Positions 1-6,974 of a stretch of 53,703 nt of DNA are shown piece after piece; position 1 is the stretch's first letter; the number at the start of each line of letters is the position of its first letter. A model generated the notes under the pieces. The model was not told the origin of the DNA. It saw only the letters and a list, made by a program, of their open reading frames with translations, and ran no database searches. The position numbers and the translations under genes are program-made. The stretch lies in contig CANQNM010000002.1 of the NCBI GenBank assembly GCA_947625265.1, forward strand, positions 1 to 53,703, read 5' to 3'. The DNA is from an uncultured Clostridia bacterium (GTDB lineage: Bacteria > Bacillota > Clostridia > Oscillospirales > CAG-272).

Positions 1-105
1 GTCCTTTCTGGAAGATTTGTTTGCGGTAAAACTATTCTATCAGAACTCAACCACTTTTTCTATACCTTTTTTCCTTTTCAGTCTCACATCAATTGTAACA
101 CTACA
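1..105. repeat. Left arm of a ~105-bp inverted repeat; reverse complement of 53573..53676
   Basis: Manual reverse-complement comparison gives one mismatch and one 1-nt indel. In the right copy this sequence is the promoter/5' UTR of a gene starting at 53686, so the left copy implies a leftward gene starting just outside the window. Confidence 0.9.
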
Positions 106-136
106 TGTATTTTGATCTTTTTCTGTTTAAAAGTCC

Positions 137-165
137 TTGACAAACCTTTCGCTTTGTGCTATACT
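137..165 (+). promoter_or_regulatory. Sigma-70/SigA-type promoter for the tRNA pair
   Basis: TTGACA (137-142), 17-nt spacer, TGc-TATACT extended -10 (160-165), about 20 nt upstream of the first tRNA. Confidence 0.7.
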
Positions 166-184
166 GCACCTGCGCGTCTAAGAG

Positions 185-261
185 GGGCCATTAGCTCAGT
201 TGGTTAGAGCAACCGGCTCATAACCGGTCGGTCCGGGGTTCGAGTCCCTGATGGCCCACCA
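185..261 (+). tRNA. tRNA with CAU anticodon; elongator type, probably tRNA-Ile2 (lysidine) rather than tRNA-Met
   Basis: Hand-folded 77-nt cloverleaf: acceptor GGGCCAT/ATGGCCC, D arm GCTC-AGTTGGTTA-GAGC, anticodon arm ACCGG-CTCATAA-CCGGT, T arm CGGGG-TTCGAGT-CCCTG, encoded CCA. G1-C72 is paired, so it is not an initiator. Confidence 0.9.
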
Positions 262-326
262 AAATACCGAATTTATAGAGGAGCCCTGCGGTTGTTCTTC
301 CAAAGAAATTTTTTGTCTGTTTATTT

Positions 327-402
327 GGGGCATTAGCGCAGTTGGGAGCGCGTTGCACTGGCAGTGCAGAGGTCACGGGTTCGAGCCCCGTATGCTCCAC
401 CA
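327..402 (+). tRNA. tRNA-Ala (GGC anticodon)
   Basis: 76-nt cloverleaf with acceptor GGGGCAT/ATGCTCC containing the G3:U70 Ala identity pair, anticodon loop CTGGCAG, T loop TTCGAGC and encoded CCA. Confidence 0.92.
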
Positions 403-407
403 CGTCG

Positions 408-440
408 CGGCAAGTCCTTTTGGCTTGCCGTGACTTTTTA
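408..440 (+). terminator. Intrinsic terminator after the tRNA pair
   Basis: Hairpin CGGCAAG-tccttttgg-CTTGCCG followed by TGACTTTTT. Confidence 0.6.
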
Positions 441-642
441 TATAAAAAGTCACGGCTTCTCTTGACGGACTGCCGCTCCTCTTTTGCAAAAAGTCACGCT
501 CGGCTCGCCTGCTCGGTTGTAAACGCCCTCGCGACGGCTCCCTGACGCCGCCAACTTTTTGCGGTTTCGCGCCTGCGGCGCAAGAGTTCAAATCTTTCCA
601 CCAAAAAACTGAAAAATCTTTTTATAGTCTCCAGACAAAAAT

Positions 643-668
643 CGGCAAGGGTCGTAAGATCCTTGCCG
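643..668. repeat. Hairpin repeat CGGCAAGG-gtcgtaagat-CCTTGCCG, copy 1
   Basis: An identical 26-nt hairpin recurs at 820..845. Confidence 0.85.
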
Positions 669-819
669 ATTCAGCCCGCAGACAAACCCGCTTTTCAGAC
701 GCGAAGAAAGTATCTGCCTTTTTTTCAAAAGTTTTTGAAGGTTTTTAGGGGACTTTTTGGGAAAGTCCCCTAAATGGGGTGCGGGGCAAAGCCCCGCATA
801 AGACTTTGTCTTCACTTTG

Positions 820-845
820 CGGCAAGGGTCGTAAGATCCTTGCCG
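820..845. repeat. Hairpin repeat CGGCAAGG-gtcgtaagat-CCTTGCCG, copy 2
   Basis: Identical to 643..668. Confidence 0.85.
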
Positions 846-850
846 ATTTT

Positions 851-924
851 ACTTTTTCACTCTTCACTCAATACGATGGGGCGATTTTTGGAAAGTAAGA
901 AGCAAGAGTGAAAAGTGAAAAAGT
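851..924. repeat. Long imperfect inverted repeat (19-bp arms, ~36-nt loop)
   Basis: ACTTTTTCACTCTTCACTC (851-869) against GAGTGAAAAGTGAAAAAGT (906-924), one mismatch. A second hairpin CGTCCGC-ttc-GCGGACG follows at 929-945. Confidence 0.8.
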
Positions 925-1187
925 CTGGCGTCCGCTTCGCGGACGATTAAAAATAAGAGCATGAGAAACGATGTCAAACAGTCCTCTAATGGAAAAATCC
1001 GGGATATTCGCATTGAATGTAATCCAAACGTGCAAAGCATTGCGGACTGCAAACCGATTCATTTCAACAACAGGCAAAACCGTCAAAGAGACAATGTTAA
1101 AAATTTTGACGAAAACACCGATTGTACCGTTTCCGACACGCCGTATGGCGCCTTCTTTGCCTTGCACCTTTTCCGTGCGCGATCGAA

Positions 1188-2948
1188 TTACATCACATCC
1201 ACGGTTTCAATGGCCAAAAGATCGGTGAGAAACAGCATCTTCTCCTTGGTCAGAGCGCAGAGCGCCAGCCGATTTTTGCGCTTTTTTTCATCTTCTTCCG
1301 TGAGAATGCGATCGTCATGGTAGAACGTCGAGAAAGCAGAAGCGATTTTGTACGCCGCCTCGGCAATGTAGTTGGGCGCCCGTTCGGTCACCGCCTTTAC
1401 AAAAAAGTCCGCAACACCTGCCACACTCAGGAGTAGTTCTCTCTCCGCCCCAGTGAGCGGACAATTTGAGTCAAGAGTGTCGGGGGCAGGTTCGGCGCTT
1501 CTGGCGAGAAGGCTGGTGATTCTGGTAACGGTATACAGGAGATACGCGCCAGTCTTGCCCTCGCAGGAGAGAAAGCGGTCAAAATCAAAGATATAGTCCT
1601 TGGAGCGATTGTTGATCAGATCGGCAAATTTCACCGACGCCACCGACAGTTTATCGGCCGTACGGCGGCGGGCGTTCTCGTTTTCAAATTTCGCGGGATC
1701 AAGACTGGACAACGCCTTTTCATACGCCGTATTCAAAAGATCCGTGAGTTGCATAACTCCGCCGTCTCTGGTTTTGAAGGGTTTCCCATCGGGGCCGTTC
1801 ATGGTGCCGAACCCCAGATGTTCGCACCTGCTTCCTTGCGACAGGATGCCCGCCAGTTCCTGACAACGGAAGATTTGTTCAAAGTGCAGTCCCTGGCGTT
1901 TGTCCACCACATACCAGATGTAGTCGGGATCGAAAAGTTTCTTCCGCTGAACCATGGTGGCAAGATCAGTGGTGGCGTAGATGTTGGAACCGTCGGATTT
2001 TTTGATGATCACAGGGGGCATGGGCGCGGTGTCGTCATCCTTAGAAACCTGTACAACTTTTGCCCCGTCACTGTCTTCAAGCAAACCCTTTTCGGTTAAA
2101 AGAGAGAGCAGTTCCGGCACATATTCCCCAGCGTCGGATTCACCGAACCAATACTCAAAATCGACATGGAGACGCGCGTAGATGTTTCGTATATCGGCCT
2201 TGGAGACTTCCGTGAAGGTTCTTGCCAGCGCGCGGTATCCAGGGTGTCCTGTTTGCAAAAGGACCGTGGCTTCATGAGCGGCGGCGGAAAAATCCGGATC
2301 GACCTTGCTTTTCGCGGAGGCATGGGGGTAAACCTCATTCAATTCCTCGATACTTATTTGTGGGATTTCGTCCTTTTCAGGGTCAAAATCTTCCGAGAAG
2401 CATCTCCATTCGGGATGGCGCTCCTTCAGTTCCATGATTACCAGACCCATCTGGAGTCCCCAATCTCCCAGATGCGCGTCCCCAATGGCCTCGGCGCCTG
2501 CGGCTGCTGCAATGCGTTTTATGGATTCCCCGATGATCGCCGAACGCAAATGTCCGATGTGAAGGGCCTTTGCCACGTTGGGCCCTCCGTAGTCGATAAG
2601 CACTTTTTTTCCTTCAAGAATTTTGGGCATACCAAGTTCGGGATTTGTATGTGTTTCGTTCACATAGGAGGCGAGAAAGGAGGCGCTGACCGTCAGGTTG
2701 ATAAACCCCGGCATTGCCATTTCCACTTTTTCAAATTCTTTCCGATCCTTGAGTTTTTCAACCACTGCCGAGGCAATCTTAAAAGGAGGGAGTTTATAGA
2801 GTTTTGCGCCCTTCATCGCGCCGTTGCACTGAAATTCGCAGATGTCCGGGCGGTCTGACTCGGTGACCGTGCCCAGATTTTCGTCATACCCGCAATCGGC
2901 AAACGCTTTTCTGCAAAAATCGCTTAGAGTATCCGTGAAGGTTTTCAT
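1188..2948 (-). CDS. argS: Arginine--tRNA ligase
   Basis: 586-aa ORF with the class I HIGH motif (ALHIGHLRSAIIG) and the N-terminal and anticodon-binding layout typical of ArgRS. Confidence 0.93.
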   Translation of the reverse strand: MKTFTDTLSDFCRKAFADCGYDENLGTVTESDRPDICEFQCNGAMKGAKLYKLPPFKIASAVVEKLKDRKEFEKVEMAMPGFINLTVSASFLASYVNETHTNPELGMPKILEGKKVLIDYGGPNVAKALHIGHLRSAIIGESIKRIAAAAGAEAIGDAHLGDWGLQMGLVIMELKERHPEWRCFSEDFDPEKDEIPQISIEELNEVYPHASAKSKVDPDFSAAAHEATVLLQTGHPGYRALARTFTEVSKADIRNIYARLHVDFEYWFGESDAGEYVPELLSLLTEKGLLEDSDGAKVVQVSKDDDTAPMPPVIIKKSDGSNIYATTDLATMVQRKKLFDPDYIWYVVDKRQGLHFEQIFRCQELAGILSQGSRCEHLGFGTMNGPDGKPFKTRDGGVMQLTDLLNTAYEKALSSLDPAKFENENARRRTADKLSVASVKFADLINNRSKDYIFDFDRFLSCEGKTGAYLLYTVTRITSLLARSAEPAPDTLDSNCPLTGAERELLLSVAGVADFFVKAVTERAPNYIAEAAYKIASAFSTFYHDDRILTEEDEKKRKNRLALCALTKEKMLFLTDLLAIETVDVM

Positions 2949-3155
2949 ATTTATGACCGTACCTTTCTTATTTGCTGAAGGTTTTGTGCTTTTTTCTCTG
3001 TTGAAAATTCGCGTTGTTTCGGAAAGAAAGTTACAAAACCAACGGTCCGAAAAAACTTTGTTTTTCAGATTCTTTTTTCATTTTCCATCGTCATACAGGG
3101 AAAGCACACCGTTTTTCAGAGGCGGACAGCGTTCCGCGCGAATTTTCAGGAGCGT

Positions 3156-4340
3156 TCAGACGGTGTTTTCAAAGGGCAGCACCGATGCGATGCTCTCCGG
3201 CTTTCCGTTTCTCATGTAGATGCGCGGCACTCTTTTTCCTACCGCGCAGAGCAGTTCATAACTGATGCCCCCGCATAGTTCCATCTGCTTGCCGCAATCC
3301 AGATATTTTCCCTTGTCGGTTCCGAAAAGCACAACTTCGGTCCCGATTCCGACATTATCAATGTTCGTTACGTCCAGCATCAATTGATCCATACACACTC
3401 GTCCGAGGATTCTCGCCCGTTGCCCCGAAACCAGAAACTCCCCTCTGTTTGAAAGAAGTCTGGGAACACCGTCGGCGTACCCCGCGCAGACGGTGGCGAT
3501 TTTCGTTTCCTTCTTCGTGACGTAAGTGGATCCGTAGGAAACCGGCGTACCCGGAGGTACAGTTTTAACCTGTATAATCTTGGATTTTACAGTCATGACA
3601 GGCGTCAGACTCTCCAGACATTCGATGTGTACGAAAGGCGAGGAGGGCAGTCCGTAGAGCAGCAGTCCTTCTCTTACCATGCCATAGGATCCATGCATGT
3701 TGCAAATCGCTGCGGAGTTGAAGAGGTGAGAGAGGGCAAAACGGATATTCCTTTGCGCCAATTTTTCCAAAAAAGCGTCAAAACGTTTTTGCTGTGTGCG
3801 CGCGAAAGTCAGATCTTCCTCATCCGCTCCCGCAAAATGAGAAAATATTCCTTCAATATAAAGTTCTTTTTTGCCCCACAGCAGGGAAATTTCTTCTAAA
3901 GACTGTTCATCCGGCAAAAAACCGATGCGTCCCATGCCGGTGTCAAGAGCGAGATGAACCGTTGCTCTTTTACCGAGTTCTTTTGCCGCGCGGCAAACTG
4001 CGCGTCCTTCTTCAAGGGAGGTTACCGTCAGGGTCACTTCCTCCCCAATGAGCGGAATCAGCCATCCTTCGGGTACCGGACCGAGCACGATCACTTTGGC
4101 TGTTATGCCGGCATTTCGCAATTCCAACGCTTCCTCTGCCATTGCCACGGCGAAATAGTCGGTTTGTTTCTCCAGCAATTTTGCTACCCGTACGGCTCCG
4201 TGGCCGTATGCGTCGGCTTTGATCACGGCGCAGAGTTTGGTTTTTTCCCCAACATACTTTTTGACCGCCGTGTGATTTCTTTCAAGGGCGTCCAGGTCAA
4301 TTTCGGCCCAGGTTCTCAATTTTTCTTTCTGTATCTTCAT
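3156..4340 (-). CDS. alr: Alanine racemase
   Basis: 394 aa with the PLP-lysine motif AVIKADAYGHGA and Alr-like length and C-terminal barrel region. Confidence 0.92.
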   Translation of the reverse strand: MKIQKEKLRTWAEIDLDALERNHTAVKKYVGEKTKLCAVIKADAYGHGAVRVAKLLEKQTDYFAVAMAEEALELRNAGITAKVIVLGPVPEGWLIPLIGEEVTLTVTSLEEGRAVCRAAKELGKRATVHLALDTGMGRIGFLPDEQSLEEISLLWGKKELYIEGIFSHFAGADEEDLTFARTQQKRFDAFLEKLAQRNIRFALSHLFNSAAICNMHGSYGMVREGLLLYGLPSSPFVHIECLESLTPVMTVKSKIIQVKTVPPGTPVSYGSTYVTKKETKIATVCAGYADGVPRLLSNRGEFLVSGQRARILGRVCMDQLMLDVTNIDNVGIGTEVVLFGTDKGKYLDCGKQMELCGGISYELLCAVGKRVPRIYMRNGKPESIASVLPFENTV

Positions 4341-4369
4341 TGCTTTCGGTTTTTACTCAACATTCTTTT

Positions 4370-5215
4370 TTATTCTGACGCTTCGGTTTCCTTTAGAAAG
4401 TCCTCCACCATGGCGTTTTGCATCATACGCACCGCGTCAAGGGCCTTTCCGCCGACATCTTTGCCGTCTATCTGGGTTGCGCGCAGGCAGAAGGAACCGG
4501 AAGAGGAAACCAGCACCTCGTCCGCAAGGAGCATTTCTTCATAGGTGAAAGGGCGTTCGTCTACGAGAATGCCGTTCTTTTTGCAATAGTTTATCAAGTG
4601 TGCGCGGGCGATGCCCGGCAGGATCAGGCAATCTGCAGGGTGGGTGACAAACACCCCGTTTTGAAATATGTGCACATTGGAGTGGGCGCATTCGGTGACA
4701 TAGCCGTCTCGGACAAAAACACATTCGTCCACCCCTGCTTCCGCTGCTTTCTGAGAGGCGAGAACAGAAGGAATCAGATTGAGCGTTTTTACATTGCAGT
4801 GATAGAAACGGGTATCTTCTGTGGAAATCAACCTGATCGGCGCATAGGTATCCTTTGGTTTTCTTGGACGTAAAGTGACCCAAAGATTGGAGGGGCCGGA
4901 ACTGAAGGCGTGGTCGCGGTCTCCCGTTCCTCTGGTGACCTGCCAGTATACGAATTGATCTCCGTCATCCAGTTTTTTTGTCAGCGTTTGCAAAAGTTCT
5001 CCCATGCTTTTTTTATTTGTTGGAGGCGTGATGCGCAGCGCTTCCATACTCCGGAAAATGCGGTCCAGATGTTCGTCAAGGGCGTAGATCCGATAGTTTC
5101 GAGCCATGGTGGCGTCATACACGCCGTCTCCAAAATAGCACACCCGATCGTTCATCGGTACGGTCATTTGTTCGATTTCATCGTATTTCCCGTTGTAAAA
5201 ACCCAATGTTTTCAT
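4370..5215 (-). CDS. dat: D-amino-acid (D-alanine) aminotransferase, fold-type IV PLP enzyme
   Basis: 281 aa. FGDGVYD, QVTRGTG and NVKTLNL segments match my recollection of Bacillus Dat. AAGGAG RBS upstream. Confidence 0.85.
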   Translation of the reverse strand: MKTLGFYNGKYDEIEQMTVPMNDRVCYFGDGVYDATMARNYRIYALDEHLDRIFRSMEALRITPPTNKKSMGELLQTLTKKLDDGDQFVYWQVTRGTGDRDHAFSSGPSNLWVTLRPRKPKDTYAPIRLISTEDTRFYHCNVKTLNLIPSVLASQKAAEAGVDECVFVRDGYVTECAHSNVHIFQNGVFVTHPADCLILPGIARAHLINYCKKNGILVDERPFTYEEMLLADEVLVSSSGSFCLRATQIDGKDVGGKALDAVRMMQNAMVEDFLKETEASE

Positions 5216-5267
5216 GGCATTTCTCCTTATGCGTCAGGTGAATGTTTTCCTAAAACTTCACAGCGTT

Positions 5268-5296
5268 ATTATACCATTCCTCGCTTTTGGTGGCAA
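5268..5296 (-). promoter_or_regulatory. Promoter of the dat-alr-argS operon
   Basis: On the minus strand: TTGCCA, 17 nt, TGg-TATAAT, about 45 nt upstream of the dat ATG. Confidence 0.6.
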
Positions 5297-5374
5297 CAGT
5301 TTTTTTTTCTTTTTTAAATTTTCTTTTTTATATTCTTTATCGCTAAATTTTTTCTGTTTATCAATAAATTTATA

Positions 5375-5404
5375 TTGACAAACGATGATATTGTGTGCTA
5401 TACT
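5375..5404 (+). promoter_or_regulatory. Strong consensus promoter with no CDS behind it
   Basis: TTGACA (5375-5380), 18 nt, TGc-TATACT (5399-5404). It shares the TTGACAAAC...TTGTGCTATACTG layout with the tRNA promoter at 137-165. Confidence 0.65.
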
Positions 5405-5631
5405 GACGCCGGATGGGGGTCTGAAACTTTTTAGACCGTTTGCGGTGCGGTCGGGAATCGCACCCTTGGTCTAGAATATTGAAAGAATCAGAAAAACAGT
5501 GCAAACGTCGGAGAAGTCGGAAAAACGTTGAAGAAACCGGGCAAACGTCAGGGAAACTGGGCAAGCGCGAGGACTTGGCGCCGCGGGGAATGCCGGACGC
5601 AGGGAGCGGGGCAAGCGCCCCTCCTGTTTTT
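5405..5631 (+). ncRNA. Candidate ~200-220-nt small RNA (promoter-to-terminator unit) rich in GGA motifs
   Basis: Bounded by the 5375 promoter and the 5602-5631 terminator, with no credible ORF or RBS. Local hairpins at 5418-5437 and 5447-5467. Five 18-20-nt degenerate units at 5501-5596. I counted 9 GGA trinucleotides. Confidence 0.35.
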
Positions 5632-5764
5632 GGTGACATTTTTGTTATCGTAAAGTCACTGCGATGTCATCCCGACGTCGTAGAATGTGGGCGCAGAACA
5701 AAAAAGGTTCACCAAACAGGGAAGTTTACCGGACAGGAAGGTAAGCCGACAGGAAGGTAAAAAG
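5601..5764 (+). repeat. Dispersed repeat family R3, copy A (terminator + ~110-nt conserved core + 16-17-nt ACAGGAAGG units)
   Basis: Aligns by eye to 24096..24331 with scattered substitutions (TTTTTGGTGACATTTTTGTTATCGTAAAGTCAC...GACGTCGTAGAATGTGG...AAAAAAGGTTCAC...). Confidence 0.85.
5602..5631 (+). terminator. Intrinsic terminator
   Basis: GC-rich hairpin (GGGGC-aagc-GCCCC core) followed by TGTTTTT. Confidence 0.65.
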
Positions 5765-6009
5765 AGTCGTGAAACTGCGAGAAGCCCGAAATTTTGAGTG
5801 CGATACGGCTTGCTCCTTGTCCGTGAAAAATCGCTGACTGCGAAATACGGGAGGAAAAGTTTTCCATTCCCCAAAAACCAAAAAAGTGTAAGGTCCGCAA
5901 AATTCTAGGAAAACGAAGAATCGGACAAAGGGAAAACGGTTCGGATTTTTTGAATTTTTTGAAAACGCAGGAAGGAAGAAATTTCGCATTTGCGAAAAGG
6001 GTTGAAACG

Positions 6010-6483
6010 ATGCTGAAAATCAATAAGAAACTGCCGTTATATATTTCGATTTCGCTGACACTGATATGTTTTGTGGGACTGATTTTTCTTATATTTTACA
6101 TGCCGGTTTTTGCCGACTACCTCATCGGACTTCCAGACAACACCGGACAACGGGAACATTTGACCGAAACCGGCAGACTGTTGATTCACGGCGCCGCCTA
6201 TGCCATCCTCTTTCTTGCGTTGCTCGGGGACGCGCTGCTGACCGTTCTGCTTTTAAAAGTCCGAAAAAATCAGGTCTTTACCGGAAACGCGGTAGGACTG
6301 GTGCATGGAATTTCGTTGTGTATCATCGGAATGGGTGTGATTTTTGTTCTGCTTTGCCGGTTTTTTACACTTTCCTTTTTTGTGGGATTTGCAGTGATTT
6401 TTCTGGGACTTTGCGTACGGGTAGTCAAAAATGTGATCGAGGACGCCGTTTCCATCAAGGAAGAAAATGATTTTACCGTGTGA
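6010..6483 (+). CDS. DUF2975-like small polytopic membrane protein
   Basis: About 157 aa from ATG 6010 (the ORF is open from 5950), 4 predicted TM helices, C-terminal ...KEENDFTV typical of DUF2975. Directly coupled to the XRE regulator below. Confidence 0.7.
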   Translation: MLKINKKLPLYISISLTLICFVGLIFLIFYMPVFADYLIGLPDNTGQREHLTETGRLLIHGAAYAILFLALLGDALLTVLLLKVRKNQVFTGNAVGLVHGISLCIIGMGVIFVLLCRFFTLSFFVGFAVIFLGLCVRVVKNVIEDAVSIKEENDFTV

Positions 6484-6497
6484 AAGGAGCGACCGAA

Positions 6498-6710
6498 ATG
6501 ATCATCGTAAATTTGGACGTGATGATGGCCAAAAGAAAGATATCGCTGAATCAACTCGCGGAAAAAGTGGGCATCACTCTTGCCAATCTCTCCATTCTCA
6601 AAAACAATAAGGCGAAGGCTATTCGTTTTTCCACCCTTGAAGCAATTTGCAAGGCGCTGAATTGCAGGGTGGAGGACGTCCTTGAATACAGGGAGGACGA
6701 GGAATCCTGA
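6498..6710 (+). CDS. XRE/Cro-type HTH transcriptional regulator (YozG-like)
   Basis: 70 aa. HTH segment ISLNQLAEKVGITLANLSILKNNK. AAAGGAG RBS 8 nt upstream of ATG 6498. Typical partner of DUF2975 genes. Confidence 0.85.
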   Translation: MIIVNLDVMMAKRKISLNQLAEKVGITLANLSILKNNKAKAIRFSTLEAICKALNCRVEDVLEYREDEES

Positions 6711-6974
6711 AAAATCCCGTTCCTCTGCAGCAAGAAGCATGTTGGGACTTTGCCGTGACCTTTTTTGTCTTGACATTCAAACTTGAAGTCCGTATAGAGT
6801 ATAGAACGTATAGAGCGTAGAAGTAGAGAATTGATAAGTTCTGACTGTTGCGGGAAAACGCAGTTCCGGAATGCGGTTTTTTCGTCGGTCAAAAGATCTT
6901 CAGGGAATCTCTACTTATAAATTCTAAAAAATAAAAAAGCGCATTGAAAAAATGTAGAAAGGAAGATCAGATTT

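Noticed and set aside
560-602. A third tRNA gene or pseudogene ending in ..GTTCAAATCTTTCCACCA.
   Set aside because: The T stem does not pair and there is no complementary 5' acceptor strand within 60-90 nt upstream. At most it is a degenerate tRNA 3' fragment.
868-1323. Small ORFs downstream of argS (868..1167 minus, 99 aa; 961..1323 plus, 120 aa).
   Set aside because: The minus ORF has a GTG start, a weak RBS, and runs through two strong hairpins. The plus ORF overlaps the argS 3' end antisense by 135 nt. Neither has recognisable motifs.
2949-3155. A T-box leader upstream of argS.
   Set aside because: I read the minus strand of the alr-argS spacer and found no T-box sequence (..GGTGGTACCGCG..) and no convincing terminator/antiterminator pair. 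argS appears to be co-transcribed with dat-alr.
5530-5600. A c-di-GMP-I (GEMM-I) riboswitch, suggested by GGCAAAC...GAAA...GGACGCAGGGAGC.
   Set aside because: The pieces are in the wrong spacing and order for the P1/P2 GNRA tetraloop-receptor architecture, and they are explained by the 20-nt repeat units. The nearest downstream ORF is about 380 nt past the terminator.
5727-5764. An SRP RNA domain IV-like sequence (CCGGACAGGAAGGTAAGC compared with the GGUCCGGAAGGAAGCAGC type).
   Set aside because: The resemblance is only superficial purine-rich similarity. The GGAA tetraloop helix and its symmetric and asymmetric loops cannot be formed, and the motif is part of a tandem repeat.
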